Below, in pieces: positions 18,858-28,247 of a stretch of DNA of 64,000 nucleotides (positions are counted from its first letter, which is position 1; each line of letters starts with the position of its first letter). Below the pieces are notes generated by a model that was not told where the DNA came from, made no database searches, and saw only the letters and a program-made list of their open reading frames with translations. The DNA is taken from IMG/VR virus record IMGVR_UViG_3300027800_000004, positions 12,345 through 76,344 of that record; one strand, given 5' to 3'. A program made the translations under genes and the position numbers. The stretch is from a virus.

Positions 18858-19426
18858 TTTATTGTGAATGTATCATTATCGCTAACCCATGTAATCACTC
18901 TTCCACCATATCCGGTAGTGGCATGTGCAGGAGAGGTCCATGTCAGCATCATCTTTTCATTATATTGATTATCTGATCTCAGACTGTCCGGTACTGAACT
19001 CCAATCATAATTGGCATCAAAAAATGCCTCTTGCTCCGCTACCATTTTGTCTGCCTGATCGTACATATTATTTATCTTGATCCAATTATCAGCAAGTAAA
19101 TCTCCGGTAGGAGTAATTACGGGTGGTTGTGAATCTTTTGCTGTTACCGTAAAACTAACTTCACTAAAATTATTAAATGCGTCCGTCGCTCTAATCACTA
19201 CCGTAACCACAGGATTTGTAATGCTCAAAATAGTGCCAGGAGCCGGTGTCTGAACCACGCTCTTAATGCTACAATTATCGGTCACAATAACCATTGGTAC
19301 ATAGTTAGGTAGTGGAGCTTCACAATTTGCCCCAACCATAACATACTGTGGAGGTATCTGCGAAAGCAGACATGTACAACTGCTTGCAAGAAGCATAACC
19401 GCAAAAAGAATTGTTAGTTTTTTCAT
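18854..19426 (-). CDS. Putative lipoprotein with an HYR/Ig-like domain (190 aa)
   Basis: Lipobox-like LLASSC; VTDNCS...VVQTPAPGT...ATDAFNN...FTVT..D..PPVI matches an HYR-type repeat. Confidence 0.65.
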   Translation of the reverse strand: MKKLTILFAVMLLASSCTCLLSQIPPQYVMVGANCEAPLPNYVPMVIVTDNCSIKSVVQTPAPGTILSITNPVVTVVIRATDAFNNFSEVSFTVTAKDSQPPVITPTGDLLADNWIKINNMYDQADKMVAEQEAFFDANYDWSSVPDSLRSDNQYNEKMMLTWTSPAHATTGYGGRVITWVSDNDTFTIK

Positions 19427-19430
19427 TATC

Positions 19431-19877
19431 TTATCGTATTATTAGTTTGAATTTTGGTGGAAGAATTGTTCTTAATAAATCCATTGCCTTGGTGCTATCC
19501 TGTACGTCTATGTTTCCGTCATTGTTTATGTCAAAAAACTTTAATCCTACAAGGATACATCCAAGGGTATCAACTTTTCTCAGGTCTTTCATAATGGCTC
19601 TTTCCAGTAGCATTTTTTCAGATGCGTAGTTGCCAATATGAATGATTATATTAGACCGGTTTGGTACATCCTTTACAAGAAAACATATTCCAAATTTCTG
19701 AGAATGTATGCGTTCGCACTCGTATTCACCTGGGGGGATGCAGGAAATATCTTTGTGATTTTCAAGGTACGGCAGTTCCAGGCTCTTGACCTGGGCAACT
19801 ACCGTATCCTCGTCAATCACCAAGAAACAGCCTTGTGTCTGCTTCTCAAGATAAGATCTGCCAATTACTGCGAACAT
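19431..19877 (-). CDS. DUF5675-family protein (lysis-cassette position)
   Basis: SLELPY, SCIPPGEY, DVPNRSNIIIHIGN and DTLGCILVG motifs. Confidence 0.75.
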   Translation of the reverse strand: MFAVIGRSYLEKQTQGCFLVIDEDTVVAQVKSLELPYLENHKDISCIPPGEYECERIHSQKFGICFLVKDVPNRSNIIIHIGNYASEKMLLERAIMKDLRKVDTLGCILVGLKFFDINNDGNIDVQDSTKAMDLLRTILPPKFKLIIR

Positions 19878-20083
19878 TATACAGGCTCGCTTTGCTTAAA
19901 GAATATCCCGATCAATGCAACAACCCCGGCAATTACCGATGAAATAAGGGGTAAGGCCTGTGAAGATTGTTCGGGTGTAACAATGCCGAAACCTACAAGA
20001 ACTGCAAACACAAGTGCGATAATTGATAATACTGTCTGCATCCAAGTTGCAGACCATTCTCTTTTTGTACTTTTTGCTTTCAT
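19877..20083 (-). CDS. Putative holin (2 TM, 68 aa)
   Basis: Two hydrophobic segments, basic N-terminus, adjacent to DUF5675. Confidence 0.6.
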   Translation of the reverse strand: MKAKSTKREWSATWMQTVLSIIALVFAVLVGFGIVTPEQSSQALPLISSVIAGVVALIGIFFKQSEPV

Positions 20084-20093
20084 AATTTAACTT

Positions 20094-20849
20094 TTAAGTG
20101 AATACTAATCTATTTTGAAGATCAATGTTTCCTTCTATTGTAGGATGTTGATCGAAGTTTTTATTTGGAAGGTAAAGACACACCTGTTCAAACCATTTGC
20201 GATAAGTAAAGTTCCTGTCCAGACAGTTCCAGAAATAGAATGAAAACGCACCGTTAAAAACTCCGTTAATTTCCGCATCGGCAGAAGTTTCATTCTCTGC
20301 ACAGGCAGAAAAAATAATAACGTCACCCATAGGATGTATTGCCTTTTTTATCCTGTTGTATGAAGGCAAACATTTTTTTGGAGGCATAAAACGAGCCTTG
20401 CTATTCAATGCTCTTGGCTTATTCCCTGAGAAGCAACTGTCGAGAATTAATACGAAAGTAACACCTTGGGGAATGTCTTTTAGCAATTCTTCAGTTTCAT
20501 CGTCAATGAAGTTCCCGTCATAAAGATAAAGTGTTTCGTCCACGCCGTCAGGCTCATCCCCGTGAACATCCTTCACATAACTTCCGTGACCGCTGTAAGC
20601 GACTATTATTATGTCACCAGAAACAGCGTTTTGTTTTGCATAAAGCACTTGATCTCTGAGTGTGCGCCTTGTTACATCACTATCCTTAAACGGTCTTATC
20701 TGAAAGTCGGGTATTTGACTTGCTGCCAGCAGCATATCATTATTACATCCGTTCAGATCGTTTTTTGAGCCTTTGTAGTCGTTAATTGATAGCAATATTG
20801 CGACCTTATTTGAGTGTTCCCACGCTATCGGTTTTCTTTTGAAGCACAT
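20094..20849 (-). CDS. Metacaspase / peptidase C14 (251 aa)
   Basis: INDY.G...LNGCNND, YSGHGS (catalytic His), DEPDGVDETL, ILDSCFSG (catalytic Cys), SACAENETSADA, GAFS and QHP motifs. Confidence 0.9.
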   Translation of the reverse strand: MCFKRKPIAWEHSNKVAILLSINDYKGSKNDLNGCNNDMLLAASQIPDFQIRPFKDSDVTRRTLRDQVLYAKQNAVSGDIIIVAYSGHGSYVKDVHGDEPDGVDETLYLYDGNFIDDETEELLKDIPQGVTFVLILDSCFSGNKPRALNSKARFMPPKKCLPSYNRIKKAIHPMGDVIIFSACAENETSADAEINGVFNGAFSFYFWNCLDRNFTYRKWFEQVCLYLPNKNFDQHPTIEGNIDLQNRLVFT

Positions 20850-21256
20850 TATTTTAACGCATTAACAATATTCCATAACTCGCGCAGTCCAAAATAGTCC
20901 AGTAACCCTACGATAATCGCCACCGATCCAATAAATATCAACAATAACGCCCACCAATTCTTTTTCATCCATTGGTAAGGTTTGTGGCTTCCGGTTTTAA
21001 CGTGTTCTTTAAACTCTAGAACAACTTCTGCCCTCTTGTTGCTTTCTCTCTGTAACTCCGCGACAGTGCCGTTCAGTTCTTTAAGATGTTCCTTTATGTC
21101 TTTAAGATCTTTGTTTGTTATCCATGCAGTTGCCGCAAGATCTTTATGCACACCCTTTATGCCGTCTGTTATAGCATTACGGATATCATTATGAGCATTT
21201 AGATTGTTTAATTGAATGTCCTCTACGGCTTTAAATATAAGAGTTAGATCTGCCAT
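20849..21256 (-). CDS. Coiled-coil protein with C-terminal TM helix (135 aa)
   Basis: IKEHLKELNGTVAEL coil followed by WWALLLIFIGSVAIIVGLL. Confidence 0.55.
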   Translation of the reverse strand: MADLTLIFKAVEDIQLNNLNAHNDIRNAITDGIKGVHKDLAATAWITNKDLKDIKEHLKELNGTVAELQRESNKRAEVVLEFKEHVKTGSHKPYQWMKKNWWALLLIFIGSVAIIVGLLDYFGLRELWNIVNALK

Positions 21257-21628
21257 TTATATCGCTTGATTAATTGTGTACCAATATTCAAATCCATCAT
21301 ATAGAAAAACAACAATGTTTACAACGCCGGCTGTCTCTACATAGGCGAATGAACTGTTAGATTTACGAAATCCATTGAAGACTGGTATGTGTGTTCCATC
21401 TCCAATCAGTCTATAAATTGCCCCAAAACCGGGAATAGGTGTTAACACTATGCTTGGCGCGAGCGTGTCGTTTGTAATTAATGTATGTTCACAAACAGTA
21501 CATCCTCTATTAAATGGAATAGCTACATTATATGATGCTGTCTGTGCATATAAATCGCCAAAATTATTTGCCAATTTTGCTGTTAGAGCTACACCATTAT
21601 CTCCTACTAATACCGTTTGATTTGCCAT
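21257..21628 (-). CDS. Small fibre/adaptor structural protein (123 aa)
   Basis: N-terminal GDNG...KLANNFGDLY virion-attachment-type motif; beta-rich C-terminus. Confidence 0.5.
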   Translation of the reverse strand: MANQTVLVGDNGVALTAKLANNFGDLYAQTASYNVAIPFNRGCTVCEHTLITNDTLAPSIVLTPIPGFGAIYRLIGDGTHIPVFNGFRKSNSSFAYVETAGVVNIVVFLYDGFEYWYTINQAI

Positions 21629-21639
21629 ATTCTATTTGC

Positions 21640-24600
21640 TTATGTTAATAACTCTAGTGTTGCCGATAATGCGTTTGTGAGTTCATAAGATAATTCATTC
21701 TGAGTAATCCATAAAACATCTTTATCCTCATTATAAGATATTAATGTTGTAGTTGAAGATTCATAAGTTCCTGTTCCACAAACAAATTCGTATGTCAACG
21801 TACTTGGATTAATCCTTAAAACTGAAGGCACAACTGTTTCACCCCCTCCGTTAACATAAGATATTCTATTTCTAATTCCACTAAATATTATGCCATTGCT
21901 TGTTATTGCATGGTTATCTTTCATTTTATAATTTGAATACCAATCACCAAATCCAGTTTTAGCATCTACCGCATTAGTGGCACATGGAATAAGTAACTTA
22001 TCAAACTCGGTAAAATCTATAAATCCAAAAGGCATTCGGGCTATAAGTGTTGATTTGTGAATAATATATATTGGAATACACCAATAACCGCCACTGAGTT
22101 CTACCGTTATATCTGAAGAAACTAAGTATTCTTGATAAAACATTATGTAATCTCCGCATAATACCAGTCTTCCAAAATATTGTCTTCCAAGCCATGCGGC
22201 ATCTCGTATTTCAATATTAAAATATATTGATTTGTTATTAAGATCACTCGCGCTGACAACACTTCTTATATCAACAATCTTTACTATTGGATATTGGTTT
22301 ATAAGATCTTCGGTTCCTGTGTGTAAAACTCCAAGACTATCAGCAAATGAACAATTCATCATTGCACGAATCTCTGTTCTAAATAGTCCAATAAATAAAT
22401 AATCACCATCATTTCCAAGACCAGACTGCATAAATTGGTCACTCGATTTTAATAATGTAATCAATCTGTCCCTTGCCTCATTATCGCTTTCACCAGACTC
22501 TTTATAGATATTAATCCAACTTAAAACCGCTGTCTCTACGGCTGCATTAGAGTAGTTAGCACCCGTTAATCCAAGTTGATTATACCTTAGATCATAAGAA
22601 TAGGCAAAATTTATATCATAGGCACAATCAATTTTTGTATCAACCAAAATCCCTGTACCCAGATAATTTAACCAATCAATAACGCCAAATACTATTCCGT
22701 CCATATAAGAAAGTTGTCTTCGATGTTGTGCTGTATAGTATAATAATGGACTATTAAGAGACATAAAAGTCATATCCAATACGGAAATTGTTTGTTTCTT
22801 AATATTTGCTCCGGATGTATTAAGGCCATTTATGAAATCTACTATTATTATTGTACCTGGATAACCAATCAATATTAAATATCTATCATTTACCAATAAA
22901 CTTGATTCTATACTAATAGGATTGGGTAGGTATGTTTTTTCCGTAAGATCATTAAGATTATAAATAAGTAATGGCTCATATCTGGTTCCGATAACTAAAA
23001 CAATGTCCTCAACTTCGTAAACATTTTCAGGATATCCATAAATAGCAGTTAAATTATTTAATTCAGTTATTCTTACGAAGATGTGATTAATGTCATTAAA
23101 ACTTTTTATCTCGGCAGTATAAATATTTTGATTTAGTTCTTTAATATCTATAGCTAAATAAAGAATATCAAAAACATTCAAATATTCAAAATCCTCATAA
23201 TCATAATAATTGTCTTCATCGGTTAAGTCTAATATTTCTATTGTTCCTCCCTTATCTGTATCATTTAACTCTCTTATAAGAAATCCTAGCGGGTTAGTGT
23301 CTGGATCATAATAAAAAGAAGGATCACTAGTATCTACATAAACAAACTTACTTCCATACGGCTGGATTGCATGATCTCCTCTAGGAAAGCATTCATTCCC
23401 TTGATAATCCTCTATTATTGCCATCCATGTATCACTATCATCATATCCATATTGATTATGGAAATTGCATAGATAATATGATACACTAGCACTATTTTCA
23501 AAATAATAATCTTCTCTTGTAATTATTCCTCTTGTAATATGATTAAATCTATGTTTATCTAGTAGGTCGGGATGGAGGAAATCACCTGTCTCTCTGTCAA
23601 TATAGTGAGCATACATAGGTCTGGAAATACCCTCATAAGATGCCATCATCAGATATTTATTAACCTGGGCGGCACCAAAACCATAAAATAAACCTACTGC
23701 CCACCAATTTTCATCATACGACGCTTCACTAGTAAATACTGTTGTACAATTATGTGGTACTGCCGACAAGCTAGTAAATGATTCAATATCCGTAATATGT
23801 GAACCCATGTCTAAGGCCTCATACGGAGAGTCGGTGTTTGATACAAGTATAAAAGCATTAATAATATTATTTAAGTCGGCAAGGCACCATCTATCCTCTC
23901 CGGAATAATAACATCTATAAAATACACGAAGATAAATACTTGCTGTTCCTTCATTTATTTTACTATCATCTTCATGTACATAAATTCTGTCAAATTTTAT
24001 AGTAGTACCTGATGTTCCTACAAGTTGAGGCAGTGTGGCATTTGCAATAATAGTAGCCTTGATATTATCAAACAACATATCATTTGCTCCAGATCCGTGC
24101 GTAGAGGCTTTAATGTACTTGCCAGTAAAAATTGACAATGCAAACGTAAATGTAAATTTTATTCCAAATTTTCGTACAGCAACTCTTTCAAGTTCCTCGT
24201 CCGTATTATCAAAAACATATTTCCATTGGTTTTCAACAACGGAATACTCACCTATGCTTGGACTATTAGTCCACCCATGCAGAGGAATTATCAAATTCCC
24301 ATCTTCAGAAATACCCGTTGATTGATATGTGCCGCGACGAGGCTCTATAAAATTAAATAAATACGGAGAACCGATGCCCCACCCATACGGCCTATCGTAC
24401 GTTGAATTTTTAAGTACATCTAAGAGAGTAAGTTCAAATTTCTCGTTTTTAGTAAAATCCCAAATGTAAATAGTTGGGTCAAAAGTCCCGTTTTGTGGTG
24501 CTATAAAATTTCCTAATAGATTACTATTATGAAGATTATATATTGCCTCATTTTCACTAGATCTAACTGGCACTGTAAAAAGTTTTGGAAAAAGTGAATC

Positions 24601-24717
24601 TGGAAAAATAGTGAAATATTGACCATTTGAAAGTTGAATAACGCAGACATACCTACCATTAAAATCGTATAAATTAACCGCAGAAATTCCAAGTGATAAT
24701 AATAGTTTATAACTCAT
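21640..24717 (-). CDS. Large beta-rich hypothetical protein, candidate receptor-binding/fibre (1025 aa)
   Basis: Long ORF in an AT-rich stretch, Tyr/Ile/Asn-rich; no family recognised. Confidence 0.5.
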   Translation of the reverse strand: MSYKLLLSLGISAVNLYDFNGRYVCVIQLSNGQYFTIFPDSLFPKLFTVPVRSSENEAIYNLHNSNLLGNFIAPQNGTFDPTIYIWDFTKNEKFELTLLDVLKNSTYDRPYGWGIGSPYLFNFIEPRRGTYQSTGISEDGNLIIPLHGWTNSPSIGEYSVVENQWKYVFDNTDEELERVAVRKFGIKFTFTFALSIFTGKYIKASTHGSGANDMLFDNIKATIIANATLPQLVGTSGTTIKFDRIYVHEDDSKINEGTASIYLRVFYRCYYSGEDRWCLADLNNIINAFILVSNTDSPYEALDMGSHITDIESFTSLSAVPHNCTTVFTSEASYDENWWAVGLFYGFGAAQVNKYLMMASYEGISRPMYAHYIDRETGDFLHPDLLDKHRFNHITRGIITREDYYFENSASVSYYLCNFHNQYGYDDSDTWMAIIEDYQGNECFPRGDHAIQPYGSKFVYVDTSDPSFYYDPDTNPLGFLIRELNDTDKGGTIEILDLTDEDNYYDYEDFEYLNVFDILYLAIDIKELNQNIYTAEIKSFNDINHIFVRITELNNLTAIYGYPENVYEVEDIVLVIGTRYEPLLIYNLNDLTEKTYLPNPISIESSLLVNDRYLILIGYPGTIIIVDFINGLNTSGANIKKQTISVLDMTFMSLNSPLLYYTAQHRRQLSYMDGIVFGVIDWLNYLGTGILVDTKIDCAYDINFAYSYDLRYNQLGLTGANYSNAAVETAVLSWINIYKESGESDNEARDRLITLLKSSDQFMQSGLGNDGDYLFIGLFRTEIRAMMNCSFADSLGVLHTGTEDLINQYPIVKIVDIRSVVSASDLNNKSIYFNIEIRDAAWLGRQYFGRLVLCGDYIMFYQEYLVSSDITVELSGGYWCIPIYIIHKSTLIARMPFGFIDFTEFDKLLIPCATNAVDAKTGFGDWYSNYKMKDNHAITSNGIIFSGIRNRISYVNGGGETVVPSVLRINPSTLTYEFVCGTGTYESSTTTLISYNEDKDVLWITQNELSYELTNALSATLELLT

Positions 24718-25487
24718 ATTATTTGCGTTATATTGATAATTCCTAATTCGTCAAGTTTTACCACATTAAAAGTAAGAATAGATGCTGTTGTTAGCGTTGT
24801 ATATCTCTGTGTTAAACCATCAATGTAAGTATTACCATCCTGACAAACTGTTTCTATGTTTGTATGGTCATAGTTAATATACCAATAAAATATTATATCA
24901 AACAGATTATTAATAGCATAATTAAAATTAGCTTGGAAATGGATTTTTACATTAAAATTACATGGAGCAGTAAGGTTAGTAAGTCTAATATTTAAAATCT
25001 TATGTCTAAGCGATTGAGCAAAATTAGTTTGGCGATAAATAATATCATAATGTAATTTTGATGGATAGTAGTTTGGTATAATTATATTTAGTTCAGTAAG
25101 TTCCGGATAAATCATCATATTGCTTCCAAAATAATGACTAATCACCGGGGATATAATAAAAGGTTCTAGATCAAAACACAATATCTTTCCGTATGCAAGG
25201 TTTCTTTTTATTTCTCCATCAATATAAACAGTATCTCCGGGCATAGTGATTAATAACTTATCCTGTGGTGCTGTTATGGTAAAAGTCCTTGGATCTAATA
25301 CATTGAAGAGAGTTAAGTTTGGCTCAATAGGTAATGAAATTATGTCAACCTGGGCCTCAATAGAATAGGTTTCAATACTTATCCCATTGAAAAAGGTATA
25401 ATATACTACATTACCCGCAAGGACCGATTTGCCCGGATAATATTCACGAGTACCGCTTACTAACCAGTTTTTGAGAAGTATGCTCAT
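24714..25487 (-). CDS. Hypothetical protein (257 aa)
   Basis: AT-rich ORF coupled to both neighbours. Confidence 0.5.
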   Translation of the reverse strand: MSILLKNWLVSGTREYYPGKSVLAGNVVYYTFFNGISIETYSIEAQVDIISLPIEPNLTLFNVLDPRTFTITAPQDKLLITMPGDTVYIDGEIKRNLAYGKILCFDLEPFIISPVISHYFGSNMMIYPELTELNIIIPNYYPSKLHYDIIYRQTNFAQSLRHKILNIRLTNLTAPCNFNVKIHFQANFNYAINNLFDIIFYWYINYDHTNIETVCQDGNTYIDGLTQRYTTLTTASILTFNVVKLDELGIINITQII

Positions 25488-26852
25488 TTATAATAATCCC
25501 CCATCTACTATGATCCAAAGATCATCCGCTATAAGAGACGCTCTTGCCGCTTGGCCACCTCCTGCGACTGAATACTTACTAGCAATTTGAAATGTTAATG
25601 AGTTTGCAACATCTCCTGCTGCCCATGCAATAAGTGTTGCGTCATAATTAGTAGAAGTTCCTGGTAGATTAATATCAGATGTAACGGAAACTATGTTTGA
25701 GAGATTTGTTGCAGATGCAAGAGAAAATCCTGCCAATGACTGTTTAAAACTAGTGCAAAACCTAAGCATAGATGTAAAATCGGTCACTAGAGATGTATTA
25801 AAATGCAATACACTACCATTAAATAATGCACAAAACTGGAACATCCTATTCATATCGGTCACATGGGACGTATTTGGATTATCAATATAATTAGCTGTTA
25901 AATTAAGGCAGCCATTAAAAACTGAAACCGTTGTTGACCACTTAATATTCCCCCATTGATCAAGACTAGTTGGCTTTGCACGGTCGGTTCCAGTTTCCGC
26001 ATAAGCAAAACATGAAAGAGAACCCCTTATCTTCACCTGGTAGATTCCTGGTGCAGCATAAACATGTGTTTTTGTCCCTGTTGTGGTAAATGTTTCTTCA
26101 CCGCCTCCAGCACCCCAGTCAATATAATAATTTCCTGCGTCTTTAGCGGTAACGGGTAAAATAAAGGTATTGTTTGCGCTACCAGGCAGAGCAGTGTTAA
26201 TAGTCATCTTAAAATAGGTGTCAATGATATTGCTCTCAATACTTTCTATCACACCATTATATGCTACTACATAGAAATAATATAACTCTCCTGCGGTTAA
26301 TCCTGTGGCAGTATAAGTATTAACATTTGCGAGCGTAGTTCCTTTCTCAATATAATTTAATCCACCATCCGTAGAGATGTAAATACGATAACCTGTTTCG
26401 CTTGAAGAAAGGTCTGTCCAAGATAAATCTACCTCCGTATCTCTATAAACTATGGCATAAAGATCTATTGGTCCAAAGAAAGCTGTTACTGTAAAATTGA
26501 CAAAACTAGATGCCTGATCTCCAGAAATATTTTTAATGGGATTTAAAGCCGGCCTAGTATAACTAACTGAGATAACACCTACATCACTAAATGGAACTGT
26601 TGTAGTAAGTGTAACTACTGCACCGAGAATGTTAACACTCCCAATGGTTTTTCCGGCAATAACAAATGCCGTTGTTGCAGGTATGCTTGTTATATCAAGA
26701 ATCTGATCAAAAGTTATATTAACTTTATCTAAATCTGTATTGGCTATCTCAGCAGATAAAGGATAAGGTCCTGATACAATAGTCCTATTGGCCTTTATGC
26801 GGCCACTTGATAGTATTCCCATTTCACTTATTCCTATTTGTTTGAGTCCCAT
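25488..26852 (-). CDS. Adhesin/head-fibre-like protein: SwmB-like + FN3 + PKD-like + DUF285/BspA-type repeats (454 aa)
   Basis: NITFDQIL..TSIPATTAF; DLSWTD...ETGYRIY...TGLTAG..YYFYVVAYN (FN3); IDWG...THVYAAPG.YQVKI; NTSHVTDMNRMF repeats; NYDATLIAW...W.IVDGG end. Confidence 0.75.
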   Translation of the reverse strand: MGLKQIGISEMGILSSGRIKANRTIVSGPYPLSAEIANTDLDKVNITFDQILDITSIPATTAFVIAGKTIGSVNILGAVVTLTTTVPFSDVGVISVSYTRPALNPIKNISGDQASSFVNFTVTAFFGPIDLYAIVYRDTEVDLSWTDLSSSETGYRIYISTDGGLNYIEKGTTLANVNTYTATGLTAGELYYFYVVAYNGVIESIESNIIDTYFKMTINTALPGSANNTFILPVTAKDAGNYYIDWGAGGGEETFTTTGTKTHVYAAPGIYQVKIRGSLSCFAYAETGTDRAKPTSLDQWGNIKWSTTVSVFNGCLNLTANYIDNPNTSHVTDMNRMFQFCALFNGSVLHFNTSLVTDFTSMLRFCTSFKQSLAGFSLASATNLSNIVSVTSDINLPGTSTNYDATLIAWAAGDVANSLTFQIASKYSVAGGGQAARASLIADDLWIIVDGGLL

Positions 26853-26858
26853 GACCGG

Positions 26859-27185
26859 TTATTTTAAGAACCAGACCTTGAAGAGTCCCAATGTAGGGAC
26901 CAGCTTTGTGTATCTACCTTCAAAGATGCAGTATTGAGGATATGTGTAACCGAGATATTTTGGGTTTACAACCCTAGATACGCCTGGTCTGCCGCCTTTT
27001 GCAATGACGTACTCCTCCTCCATCTCGTCCATCGTATCGCCATTCTCATCAAGACACATAAATGCCGTGACTATTTTTCCAGTAAAATCGTGTGCTGCCG
27101 GGGAGATGATGTCCCATACTTCGGGTGTTCCTGCTCCTCCATTGCCTATTGCAACGTCATTTTTGTTTGTCTGAAAGCCACTCAT
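26859..27185 (-). CDS. Small structural protein, possible head-fibre base (108 aa)
   Basis: C-terminal YP....FEGRYTKLVPTLG pattern; sits directly upstream of a fibre gene starting MGL. Confidence 0.45.
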   Translation of the reverse strand: MSGFQTNKNDVAIGNGGAGTPEVWDIISPAAHDFTGKIVTAFMCLDENGDTMDEMEEEYVIAKGGRPGVSRVVNPKYLGYTYPQYCIFEGRYTKLVPTLGLFKVWFLK

Positions 27186-27225
27186 GGTAGTCTATTTTTT
27201 TGTTAAAGTTATAAAAAGCATCAAA

Positions 27226-27301
27226 TATAAAGACAGCGGATGTGCTATTATCCGCTGCCAACAATTTCTATATGAAAGAACATGGTTGTATTTATACAAC
27301 C
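27226..27301 (-). ncRNA. Candidate 3'UTR-derived small RNA: 5' hairpin, anti-AUG seed, terminator
   Basis: Perfect inverted repeat GGTTGTA/TACAACC (27284-27301), then GUUCUUUCAUAUAG, then a CAGCGGAU/AUCCGCUG stem with a short U-tract; TATATTTG promoter-like box at 27222-27229. Confidence 0.45.
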
Positions 27302-28176
27302 GCTTTCGCTCTCTTCGTTTTTCCAATAAGATCCACTGTCTCCTGAAATTCCTTGTTTCCCATGTAGTAATCATACATGGCATCGTTGGGATCCGCTGAC
27401 GGAGGAACCTTTATTATCTTGGTGGCCTTCTTGCCTTCCTCAAGCCAGAGCCATTCCTTCTTCACCACATCGTATTTAAGGTATCCCTTATCAACGATCT
27501 CCTGTATCTTTCCCCTGATGACGATCAGTTCTTCCATATTCGTCATCTCCATGAACTTCTGATGACCGTGTTGCGGGTCACGCATGACCTGGTGTTCTAT
27601 GGCCATCTTTACCTGGGCAAAGGTGAGGTTATCAACATTCTTGATGAAATAGGCTTTGGCCAGTGCCCTTAATCTCTCTTCTGAAAGTCCAAAGTCTTTG
27701 TTCCAGATCATTGTCTTTACACCTGAGATCAGGGATTCTCTTTCTGCCTTTCTCTCTGCATCCGTGATCAGGTCCTCAAACATGAACTTGATAGTTTTGC
27801 CCTGGTTCTCTCCACCCTTGCAATACTGTGACTTGGTGTAAAGGAACCACACCAACTCGATATCCGTTTCCTCAAACGGTCTGCGGCCATTAAAACGAAA
27901 GTTCTTTGGTGTATATTTTTTCAGTCCGTGTTCTTTGATGATCACGTTCTCTGCATATCTCCACTGATCTGTGCCTAACTTTGTCTTGACTGTTGCTGTC
28001 AACGGCCAGGACATTGAGTTTGGTTTATCCGGGAGTTTATTCTGCTTTGATCTGCTCGGAACAATACGTTCCGGAGGGTAGATAATTGTCAACGGCCACT
28101 TTCCATGAAAGCGTTCATTGATTGTTTTCACATCTGTTGGTGCCAACTTGTACGGTTCTTCATTCTTGTATAACAT
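27292..28176 (-). CDS. Conserved crAss-like protein downstream of the major capsid gene (about 294 aa)
   Basis: Position after the MCP terminator; WRYAEN and FMFED...AE motifs. Start moved to ATG 28176 because the longer ORF overlaps the terminator. Confidence 0.6.
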   Translation of the reverse strand: MLYKNEEPYKLAPTDVKTINERFHGKWPLTIIYPPERIVPSRSKQNKLPDKPNSMSWPLTATVKTKLGTDQWRYAENVIIKEHGLKKYTPKNFRFNGRRPFEETDIELVWFLYTKSQYCKGGENQGKTIKFMFEDLITDAERKAERESLISGVKTMIWNKDFGLSEERLRALAKAYFIKNVDNLTFAQVKMAIEHQVMRDPQHGHQKFMEMTNMEELIVIRGKIQEIVDKGYLKYDVVKKEWLWLEEGKKATKIIKVPPSADPNDAMYDYYMGNKEFQETVDLIGKTKRAKAVV

Positions 28177-28203
28177 AGCCTTTAAGTATTGGTTTAAAAA
28201 ATC

Positions 28204-28238
28204 AAAAAGGAGAGAGGTTTTTAAGCCTCTCACCTTTT
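28204..28238 (-). terminator. Intrinsic terminator after the major capsid gene
   Basis: AAAAGG.GAGAGG / CCTCTC.CCTTTT stem with flanking U-tract. Confidence 0.7.
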
Positions 28239-28247
28239 ATGTTAAAG

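Noticed and set aside
28204-28247. MCP terminator as a sixth anti-start cassette (UUUAACAUAAAA)
   Set aside because: Contains CAU, but no convincing match of 10 nt or more to a start region was found; treated as an ordinary terminator.
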